This document shows, in pieces, positions 50,631 to 59,839 of a DNA stretch of 64,000 nucleotides (its first letter is position 1; each line of letters begins with the position of its first letter). The stretch lies in contig JACRKZ010000067.1 in assembly GCA_016235455.1 (NCBI GenBank), positions 1 to 64,000 on the forward strand, written 5' to 3'. This DNA comes from Armatimonadota bacterium (GTDB taxonomy: Bacteria > Armatimonadota > UBA10988). The notes beneath the pieces were generated by a model. The model worked only from the letters and a program-made list of their open reading frames with translations, was not told where the DNA came from and made no database searches. Position numbers and translations under genes: made by a program.

Positions 50631-53600
50631 GTGTCAGCAGGCCGAATCCTCTCTCTCGCCGTCATCGCGCTACTCCTGGGTGGCCAGGCTCGAGCACTGT
50701 CGCCCGAGGGCATCGTCTACGAAGCCGAAGCCGTAGCCAGCCCCCGGGACGCTTGGCGCAAGGACCAACGAGGCCCCAGCTTCTGGTGCCTGTGGACCGC
50801 CGAGGAAGACATCGCCAGCAAGCGCTCGGGCGGCGCCGTACTGGCTTCGCCGCCCACCGCCACCGAGCGCGCGCGGCCCGAGGATGGCGCGCCGGCCCTG
50901 CACTGCGTAATCACCGACCTCAAGCCGGGCGCCTACCGCGTGTTCGTCAGCTCGCCTGGCGCGCGGCCGCTGGGCTACTCGCTCGACGGCCAGCGCTGGC
51001 GGCCCTATGCGGGCGCCGAACTGGCGCTCGGCCTGCGCGATCTGCGCGATGGCCGGTTCGAGATCTGGATCGACGACCGCTACCCGCATCCCGCCGTTAA
51101 CGCCGGGTCGGGCTACTTCGACTACATCCGCTTCGTACCCGCCAGGCCCGGCGAGGTGGTGCGGCCCCCGAGCATCGACCACCTGACTGTCGCGCCAGGC
51201 GAGCTGGCCTGGACGACCAGCGGTCAGGCCGATGAGGGCACCGTGGTCTTCCAGCCCGGCGACATCAAGCGCACGGTAACCACCACCGGCCGCAACCACT
51301 TCGTCCGTCTCGACGGCCTCGGCCCCGCCGTCCGGCGGGCCACGATCACCATGACCATCGATGGCCGCGAGGTGAGCGCGGAAACGAGCCTCGCCCTGCC
51401 CCTGCCCGCTGGCGGCGCACTGGACGTGCCGCTGACCTGGCCCGCGGGCACGCAGTCGGCGGGGCCGACGCCGGTGGTCATGGGCCTGCCCTTCCCGCGC
51501 GGCGTGGTGGCCGAGCCGGGCGAACTGGCGCTGCTGGCCGACGGCACGCGCCAGCCGCTGCAGGCCGACCTGCAGGCGCGCTGGCCGGATGGCAGCGTGA
51601 AGTGGGCGGTTCTCTCGTTCGTCGCCGAACCGCGCGCCAAGCTGCGCCTGACGCGCTCCGCTGTCAGTCCTGCCACCACCTGGCTGAAGGTCAACGACGA
51701 CGCCGAGGCCTGGCGCGTCGACACCGGCTCGCTAGCCTTCGACCTGGGCCGTCGGCTGCCCGCTCTGTTCGCCCGGTTGGGCTGGGATCGTAACGCCGAC
51801 GGCCGCGTGGCCGACGATGAGCGCATCGCCGCGGCGCCGCTGGGCGCCAACGTCAAACTGGAGCTGGGCGATGGCTCGTTCTGCACGCTCGGCCCGCCCA
51901 GTGACCTGCGGCGCGAGGTCGACGGTCCGCTGCGCGTCGTGCTGCTCCTGACCGGGCCGCTGGTCAGCCAGGCCGGCCCGGCCGGCTGGTCCTACGAACT
52001 GCGTCTGACCCTGTGGCGCGGCGGCACCGACTTGGCCATCGACCTGGGCGTCATCCGCGACCAGGCCCAACCGGCCTTCGCGCCGATCAATGCGCTGGCG
52101 CTGCGGCTGCCGCTGGACGCGGCAGGCGGCGTGCGCGGCGCGCTCGACGGCCAGGCCGAGCAGCCGGCAGGCGATGCCGACGGCCAGTGGATCCTGCAAG
52201 ACACGGAGAAGCACTTCGTCCGGCGCGACGGTCTGACCACGCGCGGCGTCGCGGGTCTGGCCACGGTGCGCGACGACCGGTCACAGGTGGCCGTGGTCAT
52301 GCGCGACTTCCAGCAGGCCTATCCCAGCGGCTACGCCATCAAGCCCGACGGGCTGCACATCCGCCTGCTGCCGCCCTTGCCCGCCGACCAGTACCAGGAC
52401 GCCGCGAGCCGGCCGGTGTGGGGCAAGCTCTACTCCTGGTGCCGCTCGGGCCGCTATCAGGTGCGCGCTGGCCAGATGCTGCGGCGCGAGGTGCAGGTGC
52501 ACTTCGGCCCGCTGGCCGACGCTGGGGCCTGGGCCAAGACCTACCAGGATGCCCCTCGACCCACGCCCAGCGCCGCGTATCTGTGCGCCACCGCCGCACT
52601 GGGCCGCGCCTTGCTGCCGCGCACAGCGGGCACCTGGGACGTCTACGACGCCTGGTTCGACCGCGGCTTCGACGCCTATCGCGCGCGGCGCGAGGCCGAC
52701 CGCGCCTACGGCTTCATGAACTACGGCGACTGGTATGGCGAGCGGGGCAACAACTGGGGCAACAACGAGTACGACGCCGCCGCGACGCTGGCCCTGCACT
52801 GGATGCGCGATCCGCGGCCCGAGCTGTTCGCCGACGGTCTGGCCACCGCGCGGCACGTGGCCACCATCGACACGCTGCATGGCGCGCCGGCGGCCGGCCG
52901 CAACGGACTGCTGTGGGAGCACAGCTTCAACCACGTGGGCACCGACCTGACCGGCGACAGCCCGGAGCTGGCCGGCACCGACATGAGCGCCTACCTGGCG
53001 CGCTATGGCCGCAGCATGTTCACCGGCGCGATCGACCCCCAGGGACACCATTTCGTCGGCGGGCTGTGGCTCTATGGCGCCTTGGCCGGCGACCTCGTCG
53101 TGGCCGAGCAGGCGCGGCGCATCAGTGAGAACCAGGCCGCCATGCTCACCCGCAACTTCGACTTCGGCATCGAGCGCGCGGGCGGCTGGCCGCTGATCAA
53201 CATGGTCCATGCGTATGCCGCCAGCGGCCGGCCTTACTACCTCAACGCCGCGCGCCTGATGATCGCGCGCGCCCTGGAACGCCAGGACCCGGCCACCGGA
53301 GGCTGGCTGCACAACCCGCCGCTGGACGAGACCGACGGCGAGAAGGTGCTCGGCGGCAAGGCCTTCGCCGTGGGCATCCTGACCCACGGCATCCTGCGCT
53401 ATCTGGAGCAGGAGCCGGCCAGGCGGCCCGACGTGGAGAAGATGCTCCAGCGCGGCGTGGACTGGCTGCAGCGCGAGAGCTGGAACCCGGACAAGGGCTT
53501 CCGCTACATCAGCAACTCCTCCAAGTACAAGGACACCGGCGAACGCGGACTGACCGCGCTCATGGTGGCCGAGGCCATCGTCGCGGCGCGGCAGTTCAGC

Positions 53601-53756
53601 GGCGACCAGCGCTACCTCGACTTCGCCCACGAGGTGCTGCGCGGCGTGTTCGACAAGCCGCTGGGCGGCATGGGCAAGGGCTTCACCCAAGGCACGCGCC
53701 AGACGATCTTCGCGCTGGATCGACTGCGGGAGCTGGGTGAGGTGGCGCTGAAGTGA
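50631..53756 (+). CDS. Secreted YetA/PcRGLX-like protein (exo-rhamnogalacturonan lyase-like)
   Basis: Signal peptide; PVVMGLPFPRG, RWPDGSVKW, GFMNYGDW, WGNNEYD, ARHVATID. Confidence 0.65.
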   Translation: MSAGRILSLAVIALLLGGQARALSPEGIVYEAEAVASPRDAWRKDQRGPSFWCLWTAEEDIASKRSGGAVLASPPTATERARPEDGAPALHCVITDLKPGAYRVFVSSPGARPLGYSLDGQRWRPYAGAELALGLRDLRDGRFEIWIDDRYPHPAVNAGSGYFDYIRFVPARPGEVVRPPSIDHLTVAPGELAWTTSGQADEGTVVFQPGDIKRTVTTTGRNHFVRLDGLGPAVRRATITMTIDGREVSAETSLALPLPAGGALDVPLTWPAGTQSAGPTPVVMGLPFPRGVVAEPGELALLADGTRQPLQADLQARWPDGSVKWAVLSFVAEPRAKLRLTRSAVSPATTWLKVNDDAEAWRVDTGSLAFDLGRRLPALFARLGWDRNADGRVADDERIAAAPLGANVKLELGDGSFCTLGPPSDLRREVDGPLRVVLLLTGPLVSQAGPAGWSYELRLTLWRGGTDLAIDLGVIRDQAQPAFAPINALALRLPLDAAGGVRGALDGQAEQPAGDADGQWILQDTEKHFVRRDGLTTRGVAGLATVRDDRSQVAVVMRDFQQAYPSGYAIKPDGLHIRLLPPLPADQYQDAASRPVWGKLYSWCRSGRYQVRAGQMLRREVQVHFGPLADAGAWAKTYQDAPRPTPSAAYLCATAALGRALLPRTAGTWDVYDAWFDRGFDAYRARREADRAYGFMNYGDWYGERGNNWGNNEYDAAATLALHWMRDPRPELFADGLATARHVATIDTLHGAPAAGRNGLLWEHSFNHVGTDLTGDSPELAGTDMSAYLARYGRSMFTGAIDPQGHHFVGGLWLYGALAGDLVVAEQARRISENQAAMLTRNFDFGIERAGGWPLINMVHAYAASGRPYYLNAARLMIARALERQDPATGGWLHNPPLDETDGEKVLGGKAFAVGILTHGILRYLEQEPARRPDVEKMLQRGVDWLQRESWNPDKGFRYISNSSKYKDTGERGLTALMVAEAIVAARQFSGDQRYLDFAHEVLRGVFDKPLGGMGKGFTQGTRQTIFALDRLRELGEVALK

Positions 53757-53765
53757 CGCTGGTTC

Positions 53766-53825
53766 GTGGTTCCGCCTTCAGGCGGGGTCGCGCCGCGCGC
53801 AGCCTGCGGCCAAAGGCGGAACCAC
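53766..53825. repeat. REP-like inverted doublet between convergent genes
   Basis: GTGGTTCCGCCTTCAGGCGG ... AAAGGCGGAACCAC. Confidence 0.7.
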
Positions 53826-53852
53826 AATCCAGCAGCGCCGTGGCCATGGGCC

Positions 53853-54527
53853 TCACTTGCACCCGGCCTTGCGTAGTGCCTCGTCCAGCAGGTTGAGCGC
53901 GGCCATGGCCTCGCGCGCCACGTCATCACCCAGCACCTGGGGGACCGCCGTGAACAGCTCGCTCAGCGGCGCGTGGAGCCGGCTCTGGTAGCCGCTCTTG
54001 CGTGCCGCCGCTTGCTCGGGGGTGACCGCCTCAAGCGTCGGCAACTCGCCCTCGGCCAGCAGTCGGTAAGGCTCGAAGTGCATGCCATCGGGGCGCCTGA
54101 AGTGGCCGCCCCAGGCGAAGCCGCACTTCTGGAAAACGCCCACGATCTCGCGCAGGCTGCCCTGGTCGCCGCGCTTCGCCGGCTCGTCGCCGTACCCGTT
54201 CCAGTCGCAGTTGAAGTCGACCGCCGCGCCCCAGGCGTGCGTGCTCTTGGCGCCGCCGCCCCGGCTGGGGCGGTTGTTGTAGCAGCCGTCATAGGTCAGG
54301 ATCTTACCGGTCAGGCCGCACTCGTCCACGAGCCTCAAGGCTCGTCCGAGCATGGCGGCAATCCTGCGGTGGCAGTGGATGCTGTTGGTGCCGATCTCGG
54401 CGAGGGTCGGCGTCGCCAGTGTGACCAGAGCAGCATCATCGCCCGGAGCAGAGCCAAGCTCCGCCCCGCGGCTACCGTAGTCCCAGCACGTGATCACATC
54501 GGCGGCCAGCAGTTGTTCCTTCGTCAT
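53853..54527 (-). CDS. M15 family Zn peptidase (peptidoglycan hydrolase)
   Basis: YDGCYNNR, STHAWGAAVD, FAWGG, DGMHFE; GGAGG SD. Confidence 0.85.
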   Translation of the reverse strand: MTKEQLLAADVITCWDYGSRGAELGSAPGDDAALVTLATPTLAEIGTNSIHCHRRIAAMLGRALRLVDECGLTGKILTYDGCYNNRPSRGGGAKSTHAWGAAVDFNCDWNGYGDEPAKRGDQGSLREIVGVFQKCGFAWGGHFRRPDGMHFEPYRLLAEGELPTLEAVTPEQAAARKSGYQSRLHAPLSELFTAVPQVLGDDVAREAMAALNLLDEALRKAGCK

Positions 54528-54950
54528 GTTTGGCCCTCCCTTGTGCCTCAACTACCTTGCCGTACCTCATCAGTGAGGCCGGCGGCAGTATGCTCCCGGG
54601 CCGGCAACCTGCAGACCACTCGACGGCGAGGCCTGGGCGGACAGCCAGAACTCGGGGCTCATGACACTAAATAACACATCCTCACCCTGTGCGCCACATC
54701 ACCTACGTCGGAGCCCCGCCCGATCGAGTCCTGGCAAACCTGACCGGTATTTGGACTGCGTGGACACACGCCGGCCGAGCGCAGCTGACTCGGATCTGGC
54801 GAGGATCGACATCACACCGGCTGGCCGCGATTGTGCTGCTGGAGCCGGAGCTCGACGCCAACTATGAGGCGGTGAAGGCCGACACCTACGCCTGGCCCGG
54901 CGAGGTGTGAGGCGGTGGCGCCGAAGGGCGCGTTGTGATGGAGTCGCGCA

Positions 54951-55034
54951 CAGCCCCCACCCCAGCCCCCCCCGCGCGCGGGGAGGGAGCCCATGCACCG
55001 TCCCCCCGCTCGCGGGGGGACTACAGGGGGGCTG
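54951..55034. repeat. C/G-run hairpin repeat element
   Basis: CAGCCCCCACCCCAGCCCCCCCCGCGCGCGGGGAGGG and TCCCCCCGCTCGCGGGGGGA..GGGGGGCTG nested palindromes. Confidence 0.6.
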
Positions 55035-55093
55035 CCGACGTCGTGGCATCGCCATTCGTTGCTAGGCGGTGTCGCTTCGCGCACGGCCGCCGC

Positions 55094-55906
55094 CTAGCAG
55101 CGGGACAACCAACCCTCGATGACCTGCGCCACGCCGTCCTCATCGTTGCCCGGCGCGACCGCGTCGGCCGCGGCCAGCACCTCGGGTCGGGAGCCGGCCA
55201 TGGCGTATCCGGTACCGGCGGCTTCGAGCAGGGGGATGTCGTTGGGCGCATCGCCGAAACCGACGCTGTCGGCGGGGTCAATGCCCAGCCGCGCGCAGAG
55301 CGCGGTCAGCGCCTTGCCCTTGCTGACCGTGGGGTCCATGAACTCTAAGTACTCGTGCTCGGTGATGGTGATGTACAGCCGATCACCATACAGCGCCTGG
55401 AAGTGGACGCGGCAGCGCTCGATCTCGGCCGGGTCGTCGACGATGAGCAGCTTGGTGGCCGCACGGCCCGAAGCCCAGTCGAGCAGGTCCTCGCGGTAGA
55501 TGGGCCTGGCGTCCACGCGACGGATGTAGAGATCGCCCCATTCCGACGGCCGCGGGCAGTACATGCGGTCGTCGGCGTAGAAGTTGAGGTGCTGCCCGCT
55601 GGCGCGCACATGGTCGAGCACCGGTGCGCACAGGTCGGGCGAGACGCTGGTCTCGTGCCAGATCTCGCCGCTGGCCGGGTTGAGCACCAGCGCGCCGTTG
55701 TAGGCGATTACCGGGGTGTCGAGGCCGAGCCGCGCCACATGGACATCCATGCAGTCGCGGTACATGCGGCCGGAGGCCAGCACGCAGATACAGCCCGTTT
55801 CGGCCAGTGCGCGCACGGCGGCCAACGTGCGGTCGGAGATCACCTTGGACGAGTTGAGCAGCGTGCCGTCCAGGTCAAAGGCGGCGAGTTTGGGTAGCTT
55901 GGGCAC
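55094..55906 (-). CDS. Cof-type HAD-IIB hydrolase
   Basis: FDLDGTLL, ASGR, YNGA, VSKG, FGDAPNDIPL, NDEDGVA. Confidence 0.92.
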   Translation of the reverse strand: MPKLPKLAAFDLDGTLLNSSKVISDRTLAAVRALAETGCICVLASGRMYRDCMDVHVARLGLDTPVIAYNGALVLNPASGEIWHETSVSPDLCAPVLDHVRASGQHLNFYADDRMYCPRPSEWGDLYIRRVDARPIYREDLLDWASGRAATKLLIVDDPAEIERCRVHFQALYGDRLYITITEHEYLEFMDPTVSKGKALTALCARLGIDPADSVGFGDAPNDIPLLEAAGTGYAMAGSRPEVLAAADAVAPGNDEDGVAQVIEGWLSRC

Positions 55907-55930
55907 GACAGATCCTGCTGGGCTCGGGGC

Positions 55931-57172
55931 TTAGCCTTCGCCTCGGCGCTCCAGGTTGCGGCGCACGAAGGTCGGCATGTCCAGGTCGCTCTCGGGCGAG
56001 CCCGACGCCGGCGGCGGCATGGTCGGCAGGCCGGGGATGCCGCTGCCACCAGGGCTCGAGGCGGGCGCGCTCGGCGTCGACAGGCTCGAGCTGCTGCTTG
56101 AGCTCTGGAAGCCGCCGCCCGCGGGCGGCAGACCACTGCCGATGGGCGTGCCGCCGCTGGGCGTGGTGCGCCGCAGCGTGGGCGGGTTGCTGTACAGCGG
56201 GCGGCCGCTGGTCAGCGGGTTCTGCGCCTGCGTGCCGGCCGTCTCGACGAAGCTGGCGGCCAGAATGGTCAGGCGCAGCTTGCCCTTCATCTGCTCGTCG
56301 ATGACCGTGCCGAAGATGGTGCTGGGCATGTCGGTCTGCGTGGCCTGCGCCACGGCGTCGGCGATGTCGTGCACCTGCCACAGGCTGAGGTCGGGCCCGC
56401 AGGTGATGTTGAGCAGCAGATTGGTGGCGCCGACGATGCCGTTCTCGAGCAGCGGCGAGGCCACGGTGCGCGAGACGATGTCGGTGCTCGGCGCGTCCAC
56501 GGGCGATTCACTCATGCCCATGAGCACCGGCCCAGCATTGCGCAGCACGGAGCAGACATCGGCGAAGTCGACGTTGATGGTGCCGGGAATGGTGATCAGG
56601 TCGGACACGCCCTGCACCGCCTGGCGCAGCACGTCGTCGACCAGGGCGAAGGCGTCGGTCAGGCGGGTGTGCTTGTCCACCTGGTCGAACAGGCGCTGGT
56701 TGTCGATGGTGATCAGCGCGTCGACGCTGTCGCCGCACTCCTCGATACCCATCATGGCGGTGGCCATGCGGCGCTGGCGCTCGAAGCGGAAGGGTTTGGT
56801 GCAGATGCCGACGGTCAGCGCGCCCATGTCCTTGGCCATACGGCAGATGACCGGCGCGGCACCAGTGCCCGTGCCGCCGCCCATGGCGCCGGCCACAAAG
56901 ACCATGTGCGCGCCCGACAGCACGTTCTCCAGGTCCTTGGCGCTCGATTCCGCGGCGCGCCGGCCCTGCTCGGGGTCGCCGCCGCAGCCCAGGCCTTGGG
57001 TCACATCCTGGCCGATGACGATCTTGTTCGGCGCCGCGCAGTCGCGCAGCTTGCGCACATCGGTGTCGACGGCGAACAGTTCAACGCCGCTCACGTCGCT
57101 GCGCATGATCTGCGAGACGGCGTTGCAGCCGCCGTTGCCGACACCAATGACTCGGATGATGGGCCCGTTCAT
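55931..57172 (-). CDS. ftsZ: Cell division protein FtsZ
   Basis: GVGNGGCNAV, GLGCGGDPEQG, MGGGTGTG, TKPFRFE, INVDFAD, C-terminal DLDMPTFVR. Confidence 0.95.
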   Translation of the reverse strand: MNGPIIRVIGVGNGGCNAVSQIMRSDVSGVELFAVDTDVRKLRDCAAPNKIVIGQDVTQGLGCGGDPEQGRRAAESSAKDLENVLSGAHMVFVAGAMGGGTGTGAAPVICRMAKDMGALTVGICTKPFRFERQRRMATAMMGIEECGDSVDALITIDNQRLFDQVDKHTRLTDAFALVDDVLRQAVQGVSDLITIPGTINVDFADVCSVLRNAGPVLMGMSESPVDAPSTDIVSRTVASPLLENGIVGATNLLLNITCGPDLSLWQVHDIADAVAQATQTDMPSTIFGTVIDEQMKGKLRLTILAASFVETAGTQAQNPLTSGRPLYSNPPTLRRTTPSGGTPIGSGLPPAGGGFQSSSSSSSLSTPSAPASSPGGSGIPGLPTMPPPASGSPESDLDMPTFVRRNLERRGEG

Positions 57173-57242
57173 TGCTCACCTCGGTGACCTGGCTTGGTCA
57201 AGCACTCCGCACAACCCAGTCAAAGCGGGTGCGTGGGCCGCT

Positions 57243-57251
57243 AGCATACCA
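57243..57251 (-). promoter_or_regulatory. Extended -10 promoter for ftsZ
   Basis: TGGTATGCT on the minus strand about 70 nt upstream of ATG. Confidence 0.4.
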
Positions 57252-57336
57252 CGCACCCGCCTCGCCGGCTAGTTTGGACAACGCCCAGCGCACGTTGGTG
57301 TCAACGCGCGCCGGGCATTGCGCAAACGGTCCTTGG

Positions 57337-58500
57337 CTACACGTTGAACGTGCCCGACACGTCCATGGTCTGGCCCGACGTGGCCTTCTTGCCCGCGGAC
57401 GCGGCGATCTTGGCCTGGAGGGTTTCCTCGTAGAGATCCTCGTCGACGGGGATGTCCACCCAGCTGTCGGTCCAGGCCGAGAGCAGCATAGCGTTGTTGA
57501 GCTGGACGGTGTTGATGCCCTCGATGCCGGGCGCCAGCAGCGCCGAGCCCTTGGTGATGGCGTTGGTCCAGTTGCGGGTGATCTCGGAGTGGCCGCCGCC
57601 GCCGTGGCCGGCAGGCACCTCGATCTTCCACACCTCGGGCTCGCCGAAGCCGCCCTGGAACGTCCGCGAGAACTCGCTGACCGACTGCCGAGTGCGCCAG
57701 AAGGTGATCGCGCCACCCTCCATGACCACCTTGCCGCGGTCGGAGTGGACCTCGATGCGGTTGGTGCCGGGGCACTCTCCGGTGGAGGTGAGGAACACGC
57801 CCGTGGCGCCGTTGGGATACTCGACATAGGCGGTTACGTCGTCGTCGACCTCGATGTCGTGGTACTTGCCGAACGAGATGAAGCTGCGCACCCGGCTGGG
57901 CATGCCGCACCACCACTGCCACAGGTCGAGGTTGTGCGGGCACTGGTTCATCAGCACGCCGCCGCCCTCACCCGCCCAGGTCGCGCGCCAGCCGCCGCTA
58001 TCGTAGTAGCTCTGGCTGCGGAACCAGTTGTTGATGATGTAGATGACCCGGCGGATCTCACCGATCTCACCCGACGCCAGCAACTCGCGCAGCTTCTGGT
58101 GGCGCTTCTCCATGCGCTGGTTGAACATCACGCCAAAGACCAGCCCGCTGGCCTCGGCCGCCTCGTTCATCAGCCGCACCTGCTTGGTGTAGACACCCGG
58201 CGGCTTCTCGGACAGCACATGCTTGCCGCGCGCGAAGGCATCGATGGCCACCGGCGGATGGAAATAGTGCGGGGTGGCGATGAGCACACCGTCAACCTTG
58301 CCCGATTCGAGCAGATCGATATGGTTGTCGTAGCGGGCGACCGCATCGCCCCACTGGCTCTTGGCGTAGTCCAGCCGCGACGATGCCACATCGCAGACGG
58401 CCGTGAGTTCAGCGTTGGGCACGTCGCCGCGGGTCAGATAGCTCGCGTGGCCACTGCCCATGCCGCCCAGGCCAACGATGCCAATGCGTACCTTATCCAC
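57337..58500 (-). CDS. Gfo/Idh/MocA family oxidoreductase
   Basis: IGIVGLGGMG, ATPHYFH, HVLSEKP, MFNQR, GGGVLMNQCPHNLD; GTG start after GGAGG. Confidence 0.92.
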   Translation of the reverse strand: MDKVRIGIVGLGGMGSGHASYLTRGDVPNAELTAVCDVASSRLDYAKSQWGDAVARYDNHIDLLESGKVDGVLIATPHYFHPPVAIDAFARGKHVLSEKPPGVYTKQVRLMNEAAEASGLVFGVMFNQRMEKRHQKLRELLASGEIGEIRRVIYIINNWFRSQSYYDSGGWRATWAGEGGGVLMNQCPHNLDLWQWWCGMPSRVRSFISFGKYHDIEVDDDVTAYVEYPNGATGVFLTSTGECPGTNRIEVHSDRGKVVMEGGAITFWRTRQSVSEFSRTFQGGFGEPEVWKIEVPAGHGGGGHSEITRNWTNAITKGSALLAPGIEGINTVQLNNAMLLSAWTDSWVDIPVDEDLYEETLQAKIAASAGKKATSGQTMDVSGTFNV

Positions 58501-58526
58501 CGTGTCTTCCTCCTGGCACTCGTATG

Positions 58527-59195
58527 TTACGCCGTCCAGACGCTGTCGAACAGTAGCACCGCGACAATGGTCACGATCCCACCAAGCGCCGCCACGGTGA
58601 CCACCGGCCCCCACCCCGCCGCATCGCCCATCATGGCCGCCTGCGTGGAGTCGATGGACAGCTTGAGCAACGGCGCCACCAGCGGGAACGACACCACCGC
58701 GCCCAGCGCGCCGCGCGAGCGCGCCTGGGCCACCAGCGCCGCGGTGAAGGTCAGCGCCGCGGTCAGGCCGAAGCAGCCGGCGGCCAGGGACGCGGCCATC
58801 AGGCCCGGCGACTTGACCTCGGCGCCCATGAAAATGACAAAGCCCGGCAGCAACAGCACCGACAACGCCGCGAGCAGCAGCAGGTTGAAGGCGAACTTGC
58901 CCCAGTACACCGCCGTGCCCGAGGCCGCCAGCCGCAACGCATCGGCGGTGCGGCCGTCCTCCTCGGCCACAAACCCACGCGTCAGGCCGCTGAGTGCGGC
59001 GAAGTAGAGCACCACCCAGAGCAGCGCGGCCTGCACCGAGACCGCAGCGCCCAACCCGACCGCGAAGCTGACCGCGACCAGTGTGGTCAGCGCGAACATG
59101 CCGATGGCCGCCAGCGCAAAGCGCGTGCGGAACTCCACCAACAGGTCCTTGCGCAGCACCGCCACGGCTGCCGCCGTGGCGGTGTTAGCGGCCAA
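58527..59195 (-). CDS. ccmB: Heme exporter membrane protein CcmB
   Basis: LRKDLLVEFRTR, FVAEEDGRT, YWGKFAFN, SFPLVAPLL; six TM segments; overlaps ccmA. Confidence 0.85.
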   Translation of the reverse strand: MAANTATAAAVAVLRKDLLVEFRTRFALAAIGMFALTTLVAVSFAVGLGAAVSVQAALLWVVLYFAALSGLTRGFVAEEDGRTADALRLAASGTAVYWGKFAFNLLLLAALSVLLLPGFVIFMGAEVKSPGLMAASLAAGCFGLTAALTFTAALVAQARSRGALGAVVSFPLVAPLLKLSIDSTQAAMMGDAAGWGPVVTVAALGGIVTIVAVLLFDSVWTA

Positions 59196-59808
59196 GCTCG
59201 ATGATGCGGTTGCCATGGGCGATATCTCGCGGGTCGTTGGCGGCGATGAGGCAGATGCCGCGGCTGCGTTGCAGCGCGACGGTCTCGGCGACGATCTGGT
59301 GGCCGGCGTCATCGAGGTTGGCGCCCGGCTCATCGAGCAGCAGCAGCGCCGGCCGATGCAGCAGTGCCAGCGCCAGCCGCACGCGCTGCACGTAGCCCGA
59401 CGACAGTTCCGACACGCTCTGATCGACACGATCGGCCAGGCCCAGCCGGTCGAGCAGGTCAGGCTCAGGGGTCACCCCGTGCAGCTTGGCGAAGAAGGCG
59501 ACATTCTCGCCGACGGTCAACGGTCGATAGGGCAGCGTGTCGGGCGCGGCATAACCCACCTGGGCGCGATGTTCAGCGCTGGTCAGCCGTCGCTCGCCGG
59601 CGCGCAAGTCCACCGTGCCGCTGGTCGGCCGCACCAGCCCGGCGGTGATGCGCAGCAGCGTCGACTTGCCCGCGCCGTTGGCGCCGAGCACGGCAACCAC
59701 ATCGCCGCGCTGGAACGTGGCGCTCAGGCCGGCGAACAGCGCCCGACGCTCGAAGCGGTGGCCGACGGCCTGGTACGTCAGACTGATGCTGGGCTCGTGG
59801 TCTGTCAC
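59185..59808 (-). CDS. ccmA: Heme exporter ATP-binding protein CcmA
   Basis: GANGAGKST, LTVGENV, LSSG..QR, LLLLDEP; adjacent to ccmB. Confidence 0.85.
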   Translation of the reverse strand: MTDHEPSISLTYQAVGHRFERRALFAGLSATFQRGDVVAVLGANGAGKSTLLRITAGLVRPTSGTVDLRAGERRLTSAEHRAQVGYAAPDTLPYRPLTVGENVAFFAKLHGVTPEPDLLDRLGLADRVDQSVSELSSGYVQRVRLALALLHRPALLLLDEPGANLDDAGHQIVAETVALQRSRGICLIAANDPRDIAHGNRIIELGR

Positions 59809-59815
59809 GGCGCGC

Positions 59816-59823
59816 ATTATACT
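59816..59823. promoter_or_regulatory. Overlapping divergent -10 boxes
   Basis: ATTATACT reads TATAAT on minus and TATACT on plus in a 31-bp gap between divergent genes. Confidence 0.5.
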
Positions 59824-59839
59824 TGGCCCGAGGACGAAT

